A DNA stretch of 64,000 nt from Alphaproteobacteria bacterium (GTDB taxonomy: Bacteria; Pseudomonadota; Alphaproteobacteria; UBA828). Position numbers and translations under genes: made by a program. Shown here one piece after another: positions 27,750 to 38,374 of this stretch. Numbering within the stretch: position 1 is the stretch's first letter; each line of letters begins with the position of its first letter. The notes beneath the pieces were generated by a model. It worked only from the letters and a program-made list of their open reading frames with translations, was not told where the DNA came from and did not search any database. The stretch is taken from positions 3,680,001 through 3,744,000 of the forward strand of contig CBDEFM010000002.1 of assembly GCA_965237415.1 (NCBI GenBank), in the 5' to 3' direction.

Positions 27750-28116
27750 AGACGCAACCAAGAGAGACAAGGTCGATGAACAGATTGATCGTGGTTGCCC
27801 TTGGCAAGCTTCCGGTGATCGGCGCGCGTGGAGACGGCGGCGATGGCTGAACAGCTCTCTCGTAGAAACTGGATCACTCAACAGGGGGCAGGCCAGACAC
27901 TTTCTCGCGACCCCCACCACAATCTCCCAGAGAGAAGATACGACAGGGGAGACGAAATGCAGATCGTCAGATTGAAGCACGTTAGGCGAATTCGCGCCGG
28001 CGGCCGGAATTACTGGTATCACCAACCGACCGAGGAGCGCCTGCCCTACTGGCCGCGGATGCTATCGGAGACCGTGCAGCCACGTATCGGCGACGCCGAC
28101 TGACACAGGCGAGACA

Positions 28117-28314
28117 ATGCCCTGCGCTAAGTCAGCCGTCACTCAGTCCGAGCTCACGCGCTGCGCGAAAGCTGCGCAGGCCGCTGGCCGCAATGGAATG
28201 GTGATCGTGAAGCCCGATGGCACCAAGGCTTTCGTGTTTACTGACAGTGCCTCTGACACAGACGCTGAGATCGATGACATCGACGCCATGATCGAGAGGA
28301 TATCCGACCCATGA
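28117..28314 (+). CDS. Putative excisionase-like small protein
   Basis: VTQSELTRCAKAAQAAG...IVKPDG. ATGA overlap with the integrase start at 28311. Confidence 0.55.
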   Translation: MPCAKSAVTQSELTRCAKAAQAAGRNGMVIVKPDGTKAFVFTDSASDTDAEIDDIDAMIERISDP

Positions 28315-29383
28315 AGCGCAGGAAGAATCCCTTTCCGGGCGTCAGCACGGTGGAGGACCGGCACGGCAGGTTCTGGCACCGGCTGCGGCGCACGATCCGG
28401 GGCCGCACCATCGAACACCTACCTGCCAGGGCCCTACGGCTCGCCTGCGTTCCGCGCTGCCTACGAGGAAGTGGTCGAGGGCACACGGGTTGCGACGCGG
28501 CGAGCGCGACCCGGCACCGTCGGCTACTTGGTCGCGACCTATCTGGAGTCGGCTGCGTTCCGCAATCTCGCCCCGACGACCCGCGCGGCGAAGCGCGGCC
28601 GGCTCGACTGGATACGGGAGGCCATCGGACAAGCCCGCTATGCGGCCTTGCAGCCGCGCCATGTCGGAGAAGAAGGGCGGACCGGAAGCGGCGAACCGCC
28701 TCAAGAAGGACATGGGGCAGCTATTCCGCTTTGCCGCGAAGCGCTACGGCTTCGCGGGCCAGAACCCCGCCGCGCTCGCTGATACCCACAAGGTGAGGTC
28801 GCAGGGCTTTCACACCTGGACCGACGATGAGGTCGAGACCTTCCGAGCCGCGCACCCGATCGGAAGCAAGGCGCGTCTGGCGCTTGAACTGTTCCTCGGC
28901 ACCGGAGCGGCCTGCCAGGATGCGGCGGCCATGACCCGCGCGAACATTCGCGGCCCCCGACTCTCCTATCGTCGGGGCAAGACAGGCCAGGAAGTAGACC
29001 TGCCGATCTTGCCTGAATTGGCGAAGGAACTGGCGCACCTTCCGCGCGACCAAATGATGCTGCTGGCGCACGGGACTCAGGGCAAGGGCTACACGGCGGG
29101 ATCTCTCAGCAACGTGTTCCGAGACATGTGCGCCGAAGCGGGGTTGAACCATTGCTCAGCTCACGGGCTCAGGAAGGCCTGCGCCCGTCGCTTGGCCGAG
29201 CATGGCGCGACCGAATGGGAGGTCATGGCCTTCCTCGCGCACCGCACCGCGAAGGAGGCGAGCCGCTACACGGCGGCTGCAAACCGGGCCAAACTCACAA
29301 CCTCGGGCATGGCGAAGCTGGGGGCGGATCACGAACAAATATTGTCCAACCTTTCCGAAAGGTTGGACAAAAGGGGGTTCTAA
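28311..29383 (+). pseudogene. Tyrosine integrase adjacent to tRNA-Glu, two frameshifts
   Basis: EDRHG N-terminus, then LPGPYGSPAFRAAY..PGTVGYLVATYLES in a second frame, then GFHTWT, SAHGLRKA, FLAH...ASRYT in a third. The catalytic Arg box reads TGAAC (degenerate). Confidence 0.85.
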
Positions 29384-29415
29384 ACTCATGAAATACAACG
29401 GAAATATGGAACGGG

Positions 29416-29490
29416 TGGTGACCCCTACGGGAATTGAACCCGTGTCTCCACCTTGAAAGAGTGGTGTCCTAACCTCTAGACGAAGGGGTC
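29416..29490 (-). tRNA. tRNA-Glu (TTC)
   Basis: GACCCCTTCGTCTAGAGGTTAGGACACCACTCTTTCAAGGTGGAGACACGGGTTCAATTCCCGTAGGGGTCACCA folds as a cloverleaf with encoded CCA. Confidence 0.95.
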
Positions 29491-29552
29491 GTCACAATAG
29501 GCGGTGCTATGTAGCGGGCCGGGTGCCCCGGAATCAAGAGCCTCGTACATGT

Positions 29553-31358
29553 CTATGGGTCGTCTCCGGCGGTGGGCGCCGGAGCACCGTCGTCGATGTG
29601 TAGCTCGACGGCGCGGGTGCCCCGGCGGCGGTCGAGGCGGAGCCGGCCCGCCAGGTGGAAGGGCTCGCCCGTACCCGCGAGCAGCGCGGTGCCCAGCGCA
29701 TTGTCGGCGACGCGGAAGGCGATGCCCTTGAGCCGCTTGCCCGAGCGGCCGGAAAGCTGGCAGCGCACGTGGCCGCGGCCCACGATATCGGCGCGGAGCA
29801 ACTGGGCGCCGGCGATGGCGAAGCGCGGCTCCGGGTTGCCGGCGCCAAAGGGGCCGGCAGCCTCCAGCATCTCCAGCAGGTCCGCCGTCGCGCCTTCCAC
29901 GCCGAGCGCGCCGTCGAGGCCGAGGCTCGGCGCGAGGTCTGCCGCGCCCCCCGCACCGGCGAGGCGGGTGTTCAGGAAATCGTTCAGGGCTTCGAACCCC
30001 GACTGCTCGACGGTGAAGCCCGCCGCCATCGGATGGCCGCCGCCATTAACCAGCAGGCCCGCCTGCCGGGCCGCGGTGATGGCGGCGCCGATATCGACGC
30101 CCGGCACCGAGCGGCAGGACGCCTTGCCGATACCATCCTCCCAGGCGACGACGACCGCCGGCCGGTTGTAGCGCTCCTTGAGCCGGCTCGCGACGATGCC
30201 GATCACCCCGGCGTGCCAGCGCTCGTCGTGAGCGAGGACCAGGGGTGCCGAAGAAAGCTCTCCGGCACTGGCTGCTGTTTCGACCTGCTCGATGGCCTCC
30301 TCCAGCACCGCCGCCTCGATGGCCTGGCGCTCGCGGTTGAGCGCGTCCAGGTGGCGCGCGATCTTGGCCGCCTCGTCCTCATCCGCCGTGATCATGAGGC
30401 GCGCCCCCAGGCTCGCTTCGCCAACCCGGCCGCCGGCATTGACCCGTGGGCCGAGGATGAAGCCCAGGTGATAGACCCCCGGCGGCTCCTCCAGCCCGGC
30501 CACGTCGCCGAGCGCCCTGAGGCCCAGATTGCGCCGCTGCCTCATCACCGTGAGGCCCTGGCGCACGAACGCGCGGTTGACACCGGTGAGCGGCACCACG
30601 TCGCAGACGGTGCCGAGCGCCACCAGGTCGAGCCATTGCAGGAGGTCGGGCTCAGCCCGGTCGCGATACCAGCCTGCCTCGCGCAGGTGCCGGTTGAGTC
30701 CGACGACGAGGAGGAAGGCGACCCCCACGGCGGCGAGCTGGCGATGCGGGCTGTCGTCGTCCAGCCGGTTGGGATCGATCACGGCGCAGGCAGGCGGCAG
30801 CCGGGCCTCGCCCAGGTGGTGGTCGACCACAATCACGTCGAGGCCTGCGTCGGCAGCCTCGGCGAGCGCGTCGAAGGCGCTGATCCCGCAGTCGACGGTG
30901 ACGACCACCCGGACATCCTGCGCCGCGAGTATTCGCATGGCGGTTCCGTTCGGGCCGTAGCCCTCGCGCAGGCGGTCGGGAATGTAGATCGTCGGCGGCC
31001 CGGCGACGGCCTCGAAGAAGCGGCTCAAGAGGGCGGCCGAGGTTGCGCCGTCCACATCGTAGTCGCCGAAGACGGCGATCTTCTCGCCTGCTTCGAGCGC
31101 GCGGGCGAGTCGCGCGATGGCCTTTTCCATGTCGCGCAGGTGAAGCGGGTCGGGCAGGAGGCGGCGGAGCGTCGGGTTGAGGTATTCGGGCGCCTCGTCT
31201 GCCGCAATGCCGCGGGCGGCGAGCACGCGCCCGATCAGCTCGGGCAACTCGATGGATTGGGCCAGGGAGAGGCCCGCCATGGAATCGGCGAGCCGCGCGC
31301 GCCAGCGCTTGCCGAGCAGCGATCGCTCGACGCCGAGCATCGCGGCTCCGTCGCTCAT
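29553..31358 (-). CDS. recJ: ssDNA exonuclease RecJ
   Basis: GDYDVDG, TVDCG, VDHH, LGTVCDVVPL, GPRVNAGGR, GGGHPMAAG, PFGAGNPEP. Confidence 0.96.
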   Translation of the reverse strand: MSDGAAMLGVERSLLGKRWRARLADSMAGLSLAQSIELPELIGRVLAARGIAADEAPEYLNPTLRRLLPDPLHLRDMEKAIARLARALEAGEKIAVFGDYDVDGATSAALLSRFFEAVAGPPTIYIPDRLREGYGPNGTAMRILAAQDVRVVVTVDCGISAFDALAEAADAGLDVIVVDHHLGEARLPPACAVIDPNRLDDDSPHRQLAAVGVAFLLVVGLNRHLREAGWYRDRAEPDLLQWLDLVALGTVCDVVPLTGVNRAFVRQGLTVMRQRRNLGLRALGDVAGLEEPPGVYHLGFILGPRVNAGGRVGEASLGARLMITADEDEAAKIARHLDALNRERQAIEAAVLEEAIEQVETAASAGELSSAPLVLAHDERWHAGVIGIVASRLKERYNRPAVVVAWEDGIGKASCRSVPGVDIGAAITAARQAGLLVNGGGHPMAAGFTVEQSGFEALNDFLNTRLAGAGGAADLAPSLGLDGALGVEGATADLLEMLEAAGPFGAGNPEPRFAIAGAQLLRADIVGRGHVRCQLSGRSGKRLKGIAFRVADNALGTALLAGTGEPFHLAGRLRLDRRRGTRAVELHIDDGAPAPTAGDDP

Positions 31359-31392
31359 CGCCCCATGCGCCTCTGCGCGTGGCGCGCATCAT

Positions 31393-31505
31393 CCCCCACC
31401 TCACCCCGGCCCTCTCCGCCCCCGGGGGCGGAGAGGGAGTGACGTGCGTCTGCGGTGCGGTTCCCTCTCCGCCCTTCAGGGGGGAGAGGGACAGGGAGAG
31501 GTGGG
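31393..31505. repeat. REP-like palindromic doublet
   Basis: CCTCACCCCGGCCCTCTCCGCCCCCGGGGGCGGAGAGGG ... CCCTCTCCGCCCTTCAGGGGGAGAGGG...GAGGTGGG. Confidence 0.7.
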
Positions 31506-31508
31506 TGG

Positions 31509-32000
31509 GCGGTCGACGACAGGCCGGGCGAGGGCGTAACGCCGAGGCGCGTCACATGCCGACCCGCGCGGGCGCGCGGGAGAAGTCGTGCTCCGCCTCG
31601 ATCATGCGCAGGGTGCCGGTCTGGGAGCGCATGACCACCGAGTTGGTCCGCGCGCCGTTGGGGAGACGCGAGACGCCGCGCAGCATCGCACCGTCGGTCA
31701 CCCCGGTCGCGCAGAACATCACGTTGCCGCTCGCGAGCTCGTGCAGGGTGTATTTGCGGCCCAAGTCGGTGACGCCCATTTCCGGTTGCACACGCGGTCG
31801 ACGACAGGCCGGGCGAGGGCGTAACGCCGAGGCGCGTCACATGCCGACCCGCGCGGGCGCGCGGGAGAAGTCGTGCTCCGCCTCGATCATGCGCAGGGTG
31901 CCGGTCTGGGAGCAAGTTGGGGAGACGCGAGACGCCGCGCAGCATCGCACCGTCGGTCACCCCGGTGGGTATTTGCGGCCCAAGTCGGTGACGCCCATTT
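31509..32000. repeat. Imperfect tandem duplication of the glpX 3' end
   Basis: 31509-31781 recurs at 31794-32000 with two internal deletions. Confidence 0.9.
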
Positions 32001-32777
32001 TGCGGCGCGCCTCTTCTCGTCGTCGCGCGCCTCTTCTCGTCGGTTGCGGAAGACGAGCCGGCCCATCATCTGGCCGCCGATGCAGCGCAGCGCAGCGGCG
32101 GCCAGCACGCCCTCGGGCGCGCCGCCGATCCCCATGTAGATGTCGACGGTGCGGTTGAGCCGGGTGGTCGCGATCACGCCGGCGACGTCGCCGTCCCGGA
32201 TCAGCTGGATGCGGGCCTGCGTCTCGCGCACCTTGGCGATCAGCTCCTCGTGCCGGGGCCGGTCCAGGATCAATACGGTGAGCTCGTTGACATCGCAGGC
32301 CTTGGCCTTGGCAAGCTTGGCGAGCGTCGTGGCGGGCGGATCGTCGAGATCGACCAACTCGTCCGGCAGCCCGTCGCCGACTGCGATCTTGTCCATGTAG
32401 GTGTCGGGCGCGGCGAGGAAGCCGCCTTTCTCCGCCATGGCGAGCACGGCGAGCGCGTTGGGGCCGCCGGTCGCGCAGATGGTGGTGCCTTCGAGCGGGT
32501 CGAGCGCGACATCGAGGCTCGGCCCCTTGCCGGTGCCGACGGTCTCGCCGATGTAGAGCATCGGCGCCTCGTCCCGCTCACCCTCGCCGATCACCACCGT
32601 GCCGGCGATGTCGAGCGCATTGAGGCCGCGTCGCATGGCGTCGACGGCGGCCTGATCGGCGGCCATCTCGTCGCCCCGGCCGATCAGCCGGGCTGCGGCG
32701 CGGGCCGCGGCCTCGGTCACGCGCACCGCATCCAGCGCCAGGTTCCGGTCGAGGGAGATGATCTCCTCTGTTGCCAT
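31552..32777 (-). pseudogene. glpX: Class II fructose-1,6-bisphosphatase, 3' end disrupted as assembled
   Basis: RVTEAAA, GTVVIGEGERDEAPMLYIGE, DPLEGT, DGDV, GAPEGVLAAAAL. The intact C-terminus sits in the distal duplicate (31552-31780). Confidence 0.85.
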
Positions 32778-32786
32778 GCGCTCCTC

Positions 32787-34094
32787 CTAGAACGCTTCGA
32801 TCCGGATCATGCGCGGCGGCTCCAGCACCGTGTCGAGCCGGTCGATCGCGTCAAGCGCGCGCACCACGGCTGCCTCATCCGACTCGTGCGTGGTGAGTAC
32901 CACCGGGACCAGCTCGCCGGGGTTCCGCCCGCGCTGCAGCATGGCTTCGACGGAGACCTGCTCGTCCCGCAGGCAGGCGGCGATGCCGGCAATGACGCCC
33001 GGCCGGTCCACCACCATCAGGCGAATGTAATAGGCGCCGACATGGTGGTCCATGGGTCTCGCCGCCGCCCGCTGCGCGCCCTCGGAGGCAGCGGGGAAGG
33101 CCGGCATGATCTGGCCGCGGGCGATATCGACGAGGTCGGCGACCACGGCCGATGCGGTCGGGCCGGCGCCGGCGCCGGGTCCCTCGAAGAGCGCGCTCCC
33201 GATCCGATCGCCTTCCGCCACCACGGCGTTGAAGACGCCATCGACGCGGGCGATGGGCGCCGCCTCGCGGATCATGCAGGGATGCACGCGCTGGGTGATG
33301 CCGTCCTCGCCGGCGCGGGCAATGCCCAAGAGCTTGACGCGGTAGCCGAGCTCGATGGCGAAGCCGATGTCCAGCGCGCTGACGTGACGAATGCCCTCGA
33401 CATGCACGGCATCGAAATCGACCGGGCATCCGAACACGACGCTGGCGAGGATCGCGAGCTTGTGGGCGGCGTCGATCCCGTCGATGTCAGTCGAGGGATC
33501 GGCCTCCGCATAACCCAGCTCCTGCGCCTCATGGAGCACGGACTCGAATTCCCGCGCCTGGCCGGCCTGCACGGACTCGTGCATCGCCGTCATGATGTAG
33601 TTGCAGGTGCCGTTCAGGATCCCGTAGACGCCGCCGAGCCGGTTGCCCGCGAGGCCCTCGCGGAGCGCCTTGACGATGGGGATGCCGCCGGCGACGGCTG
33701 CCTCGTAACCGAGATGACGATGCGCCCGCTGCGCGGCCTCTGCGAGCGCCGCGCCGTGATGGGCAAGCAGGGCCTTGTTGGCCGTCACCAGATGCTTGCC
33801 GTGGGCGAGAGCCGCCTCCGAGAGCGCCCGCGCGGTGCCCTCCGACCCGCCGATCAGCTCGACGACGACACCGACGGCGGGGTGGGTGGCGAGCGCTCGG
33901 GCGTCATCCCGCCACTCGAGCCCGTCGAGCGCGACCCCGCGATCCTTGCCCTTGTCGCGCGCCGAGACCGCGACCACCTCGATCGACCGGCCCGTCCGTT
34001 GCTCGAGCAGCGCTGCGTTGTCGCGCAGGAGCGCGAGCACGCCGCAGCCGACCGTGCCCAGTCCGGCAATGGCGATACGCAGCGGCTCAGGCAT
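32787..34094 (-). CDS. hom: Homoserine dehydrogenase
   Basis: GLGTVG, VTANKA, YEAAVAGGIP, GILNGTCNY, GYAEADP..DIDG.DAAHK, C-terminal ACT domain. Confidence 0.95.
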   Translation of the reverse strand: MPEPLRIAIAGLGTVGCGVLALLRDNAALLEQRTGRSIEVVAVSARDKGKDRGVALDGLEWRDDARALATHPAVGVVVELIGGSEGTARALSEAALAHGKHLVTANKALLAHHGAALAEAAQRAHRHLGYEAAVAGGIPIVKALREGLAGNRLGGVYGILNGTCNYIMTAMHESVQAGQAREFESVLHEAQELGYAEADPSTDIDGIDAAHKLAILASVVFGCPVDFDAVHVEGIRHVSALDIGFAIELGYRVKLLGIARAGEDGITQRVHPCMIREAAPIARVDGVFNAVVAEGDRIGSALFEGPGAGAGPTASAVVADLVDIARGQIMPAFPAASEGAQRAAARPMDHHVGAYYIRLMVVDRPGVIAGIAACLRDEQVSVEAMLQRGRNPGELVPVVLTTHESDEAAVVRALDAIDRLDTVLEPPRMIRIEAF

Positions 34095-34291
34095 GGGGGA
34101 GGGCTTCTTCCGGCATCGGTTGCGGCACGGGTGGAGGGCGCCCGGCCGATCCCTGGCCGCCCGGCGCAGCAAGGGAACAATCGGTCACGATGGGGCGGGG
34201 GTCTCAGCGAGCCGGTTGAGTGACGGGTTGCGGGGCACGCCGGCGGTGGCTGGCACGCCCTTGGTTCCGACGAGAGGGACGTCCGGCGCGA

Positions 34292-34735
34292 TCATCCGCC
34301 GTTCGCCGGAGCGGGCTCCGTTGCCTCTTCCGCCGGCTGATAGACCGCCCGAACCTGCGTCATCGGTTCTTCCGGGCCCACGCGCGCGCGAAGCGTCTCC
34401 GCCGTGTGCTGCGCGTTCTCGCGATCCGCCACCAGTCCGGCGGTCAATGCGGCGCGCTCTTCCGTGCTCGACATGGCGGGCGCTTCGCCCGGCACCTCGC
34501 TGAGCGAGCGATAAGGCTCGTCGCCGCCCGGGATAGCGTTGTCGCCGAAGATCTCGTCGTCGTCCTCGACGTAGCTGAACAGGTCGCCGATGTAATCGGT
34601 CGTATCCTCGACCGCCGTGCAACCGCCGACGAGGAGCCCGAGGGCGAGGGGCCCGATTGCGAGGAGCGTCAGCGGGCGCATGGAGCGCCGCCTTCGAGCC
34701 TGCGCAGTCGTCTGGGTGGCCTGGGGTTGGGGCAT
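34292..34735 (-). CDS. Putative lipoprotein
   Basis: Hydrophobic stretch ending LLVGGC (lipobox), then YRSLSEVP...GLVADRENA. Start is 34735 or 34681. Confidence 0.6.
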   Translation of the reverse strand: MPQPQATQTTAQARRRRSMRPLTLLAIGPLALGLLVGGCTAVEDTTDYIGDLFSYVEDDDEIFGDNAIPGGDEPYRSLSEVPGEAPAMSSTEERAALTAGLVADRENAQHTAETLRARVGPEEPMTQVRAVYQPAEEATEPAPANGG

Positions 34736-34888
34736 GGCGCATTCTCCTGGATTGTTGGCGGCGTCCGGCGTCCGCAAGTATTGAGAACGGTGCGACTCGT
34801 TAGTAGCATATACGGAATTCCCATCAATCGCATACGCGGGCACCGGCCGGCAGGCGCGCTCGCCAAACTCACATGGATCCGGCTTGCA

Positions 34889-36682
34889 ATGACCGATGAA
34901 CCGACCGCCGCGGACGGGACGGAAAGCGATATGGCTGAGCATCTCGCCGCCATTGCGGCGCAGAGCCAGCGGATGGCCGCGCGCTTGCTGAGCGGGCAGG
35001 GCGCGGCGGGCGCCGGGTCGAGCGCCGACCCGCTCAACCTGAGCGACGCCTTCATGGCGATGGCACGGAGCCTTGCCGCCGACCCCTCGCCGCTGATCGA
35101 CGCTCAGATGAAGTGGTGGGACGGCTATCTCAGGCTGTGGCAGCAGGGCGCCCAACGCCTGCAGGGCGAGGCGCCGCCGGAGCCGATCGTTGAGCCCGAG
35201 CCCGACGACCGGCGTTTTCGCGATCCGGCCTGGACCGAGAACTGGGTCTTCGATCATCTGAAGCAGTCCTACCTGCTGACCGCCGCCTGCGTTCAGTCGG
35301 CGGTGGGAGGCATTCAAGGGCTGGAGGAAAGGGACGCCGCGAAGCTCGTCTTCTACAGCCGCCAATTCGTCGACGCGCTGGCGCCCACCAATTTTCTCGC
35401 CACCAATCCGGCGGCCCTGCGGGAGACAGTCGAGACCAAGGGCGAGAACCTGCTGCGGGGCCTCCGCAACGTGCTCGACGATCTCGAGCGCAACGACGGC
35501 CGGTTCGCGCCGCGGATGTCGGACGAAGGCCATTTCACCCTGGGCGAGACCGTCGCGACGACGCCCGGAACGGTCGTCTTCCAGAACGACCTCATGCAGC
35601 TGATCCAGTATGCGCCTGGCACGGAGACGGTGTATCGCCGGCCGCTCCTCATCGTGCCGCCCTGGATCAACAAGTACTACGTGCTCGATCTGAGGCCGAA
35701 AAACTCGTTCGTCAGGTGGGCGGTGTCGAAGGGCTACACGGTCTTCATGATCTCCTGGGTCAACCCGGACGAGCGGCTCGCGGAGAAGACCTTCGAGGAC
35801 TACATGCTGGAAGGCCCGCTGGCTGCGCTCGATGCGATTGCGGAGGCCACGGGCGAGCGCGATGCGGCGCCGATCGGCTACTGCCTGGGCGGCACGCTCA
35901 CGGCGGCGACGCTGGCGTATCTCGCGGCGCGGGGTGACGAGCGCATCAAGAGCGCGACCTTCTTCGCCTCCCTCGTCGATTTTGCGGAGCCCGGCGAGAT
36001 CGGCGTCTTCATCGACGATGCCCAGATCGAGTCCCTCGACGCCATGATGGCGGAGAAGGGCTACCTCGACGGCCGCCACATGGCGACGACCTTCAACATG
36101 CTTCGCTCTAACGACCTGATCTGGTCATTCGTCGTCAACAACTACCTCCTCGGCCGGGAGCCGATGCCCTTCGACCTGCTATTCTGGAACTCGGACTCGA
36201 CCCGGATGCCGGCGGCGATGCACGGCTACTACCTGCGCAAGATGTATCGGGAGAACCTGCTCGCCCAGCCAGGGGGCCTGAGCCTCGCTGGCGTTCCCAT
36301 CGACCTCCGCCGCGTCGACATTCCGACCTATATCGTGGCGACGCGGGAGGATCACATCGCGCCGTGGCAGTCCTGCTTCGCCGCGTGCGGGCTCTATCGG
36401 GGGCAGCGCCGCTTCGTCCTCGGCGCCTCCGGCCATATCGCCGGCATCATCAATCCGCCCGCGGCCGGAAAATACGGCTACTGGACCGGGCCGATCGTGG
36501 AGTCGCAGGGTGCCGACGCCTGGCTCGCCGCCGCCGAGCGCCACGAGGGTTCCTGGTGGAACGACTGGCACGCATGGCAGCGCCGCCGTGCCGGCGGCAA
36601 CAAGGTGCCGGCGCGTGTTCCCGGCGCAGGAGCGCTCAAGCCGATCGAGGACGCGCCGGGCTCCTACGTGCTGGCCGCATGA
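34889..36682 (+). CDS. phaC: Class I polyhydroxyalkanoate synthase
   Basis: DRRF.DPAW, PTNF.ATNP, PPWINKYYVLDL, GYCLGGT lipase box, EDHIAPW, SGHIAG, GSWW. Confidence 0.95.
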   Translation: MTDEPTAADGTESDMAEHLAAIAAQSQRMAARLLSGQGAAGAGSSADPLNLSDAFMAMARSLAADPSPLIDAQMKWWDGYLRLWQQGAQRLQGEAPPEPIVEPEPDDRRFRDPAWTENWVFDHLKQSYLLTAACVQSAVGGIQGLEERDAAKLVFYSRQFVDALAPTNFLATNPAALRETVETKGENLLRGLRNVLDDLERNDGRFAPRMSDEGHFTLGETVATTPGTVVFQNDLMQLIQYAPGTETVYRRPLLIVPPWINKYYVLDLRPKNSFVRWAVSKGYTVFMISWVNPDERLAEKTFEDYMLEGPLAALDAIAEATGERDAAPIGYCLGGTLTAATLAYLAARGDERIKSATFFASLVDFAEPGEIGVFIDDAQIESLDAMMAEKGYLDGRHMATTFNMLRSNDLIWSFVVNNYLLGREPMPFDLLFWNSDSTRMPAAMHGYYLRKMYRENLLAQPGGLSLAGVPIDLRRVDIPTYIVATREDHIAPWQSCFAACGLYRGQRRFVLGASGHIAGIINPPAAGKYGYWTGPIVESQGADAWLAAAERHEGSWWNDWHAWQRRRAGGNKVPARVPGAGALKPIEDAPGSYVLAA

Positions 36683-37229
36683 TAGCGGGGGCCCGCTGCG
36701 GCGGGCCCGACGAGGCACGGTACTCGCCGGCTCTGTTCGCGTAGCGTCGGGCGATGCTCACGATGGTTTCGCGCTCAGCGTTGCTCACCATCCGCGTAGG
36801 CCGTGCCGGCCGGCCCATCCACATCTCGCCGCTCTTGACCCGCTTGCCGGGCGTCACCAGCGCACCGGCGGCGACCCAGGCGCCGGTCTCCACCACCGCG
36901 TAGTCCATCACCGTGGCGCCCATGCCGATCATGCAGCCGTCCTCCAGCACGCAGGCATGGAGCAGGCACATGTGGCCCACCACCACGTCCTCGCCGATGA
37001 GCGTGGGGCCGTCGGCGGTGGCGGTGTGGATGATCGTGCCGTCCTGGACGTTGCTGCGCGCGCCGACGCGGATGTAGTTCACGTCGCCGCGCAGGACGCA
37101 GTTGAACCAGACGCTCGACTGCGCCCCGAGCACGACATCGCCGATCACGCTGCTGCCGGCCGCGACGAAGGCGTTCGGCGCCACCTTGGGCCAGCGGTGG
37201 TGGTAGGGCAGGAGCAGGCCGGCCGACAT
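36636..37229 (-). CDS. Gamma carbonic anhydrase family protein
   Basis: VIGDV.LG..SSVWFNCVLRGD, SNVQDG, VGH...LHAC hexapeptide repeats. Confidence 0.9.
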   Translation of the reverse strand: MSAGLLLPYHHRWPKVAPNAFVAAGSSVIGDVVLGAQSSVWFNCVLRGDVNYIRVGARSNVQDGTIIHTATADGPTLIGEDVVVGHMCLLHACVLEDGCMIGMGATVMDYAVVETGAWVAAGALVTPGKRVKSGEMWMGRPARPTRMVSNAERETIVSIARRYANRAGEYRASSGPPQRAPAIMRPARRSPARPRSA

Positions 37230-37243
37230 ATGCTCCCGACCCT

Positions 37244-38302
37244 CTAAGGGAAGAGCGGCGCCTGCCCGAGCCCGGTCGTCTCCGGCAGGGCGTGCATCAG
37301 GTTCATGTTCTGGATCGCCTGGCCGGAGGCGCCCTTTACCAGATTGTCGATGGCCGAGATCAGGATGGCGCGCCCCTCGATCCGGTCGTCGAAGACCCCG
37401 ATGAGGCAGTGGTTCGAACCCCGCACGTGACGGGTCGCGGGTGCTGCGCCCGTTGGCAGGACGCGCACGAACGGCTCGTCCGCATAGCGCCGGGAGAGCG
37501 CATCGCGCAGGGCGTCGGCGCCCGCGCGGCTGCGGACGTAGATCGTCGCCAGAATGCCCCGGTTCATCGGAATCAGATGGGGCGTGAAGTTGACGCGAAT
37601 GGGCGTCCCCGCCGCCGCCGAGAGCCCCTGTTCGATCTCCGGCGCGTGGCGGTGATGGGCGATACCGTAGGCGTGCACGCCCTCGCCGACCTCGGCGAAA
37701 AGGCTCGCCTGCTTGGCCTCGCGCCCCGCGCCCGAGACTCCCGACTTGGCGTCGATGATGATGTCCTCGCTCTCGATCAGCCCGTCTTCGAGCAGCGGCG
37801 CCAGCGGCAGTTGCGACGCGGTCGGGTAGCAGCCCGGGTTCGCCACGAGGCGGGCGCTGCGCACCTCATCGCGTGCGAGCTCGGTCAGGCCGTAGACCGC
37901 CTCTGCCTGGAGCGCCACGGCGCCGTGCGCCCGCCCGTACCATTCCGCGTAGACTCCCGGGTCCGCGAGACGGAAGTCGGCCGAGAGGTCCACCACCTTG
38001 AGATGGCCCGGCAGGGCGGCAACGACCTCCTGCGTGGTGCCGTGGGGCAGGCAGCAGAAGACCGCGTCGAGGGCGTCCCAGGCGGCGTCCTCGATCTTGA
38101 CGAGGTCGGGGAAGCCGGCGCCGCCCAGATGGGGAAAGACCGCTTCCAGGCTCTGGCCCGCGCGCCGCTCGGCGGTGAGCAGGCCGACCGAGAAGCCGTC
38201 GTGGCTCGCCAGCAGGCGCAGCAACTCGCCGCCGGTATAACCGCTCGCACCGAGCACGCCGACGCGGGCGGTGTTGCCCGTGCCGGATGAGGAGGGGCTC
38301 AT
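37244..38302 (-). CDS. argC: N-acetyl-gamma-glutamyl-phosphate reductase
   Basis: GASGYTG, DLSADFRL, ANPGCYPT, SGVSGAG, DNLVKGASGQA. Confidence 0.96.
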   Translation of the reverse strand: MSPSSSGTGNTARVGVLGASGYTGGELLRLLASHDGFSVGLLTAERRAGQSLEAVFPHLGGAGFPDLVKIEDAAWDALDAVFCCLPHGTTQEVVAALPGHLKVVDLSADFRLADPGVYAEWYGRAHGAVALQAEAVYGLTELARDEVRSARLVANPGCYPTASQLPLAPLLEDGLIESEDIIIDAKSGVSGAGREAKQASLFAEVGEGVHAYGIAHHRHAPEIEQGLSAAAGTPIRVNFTPHLIPMNRGILATIYVRSRAGADALRDALSRRYADEPFVRVLPTGAAPATRHVRGSNHCLIGVFDDRIEGRAILISAIDNLVKGASGQAIQNMNLMHALPETTGLGQAPLFP

Positions 38303-38374
38303 TGTGGGTCTGCCGTGATCGCTGGAGCCGGAGCGGGGAAGCACATCAGTGCAGCCGCGCCGGCGACGCCTTGG

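Noticed and set aside
34220-34888. 220-aa N-terminal extension of PhaC
   Set aside because: Arg-rich shadow of the opposite-strand lipoprotein. PhaC-like sequence begins near 34889.
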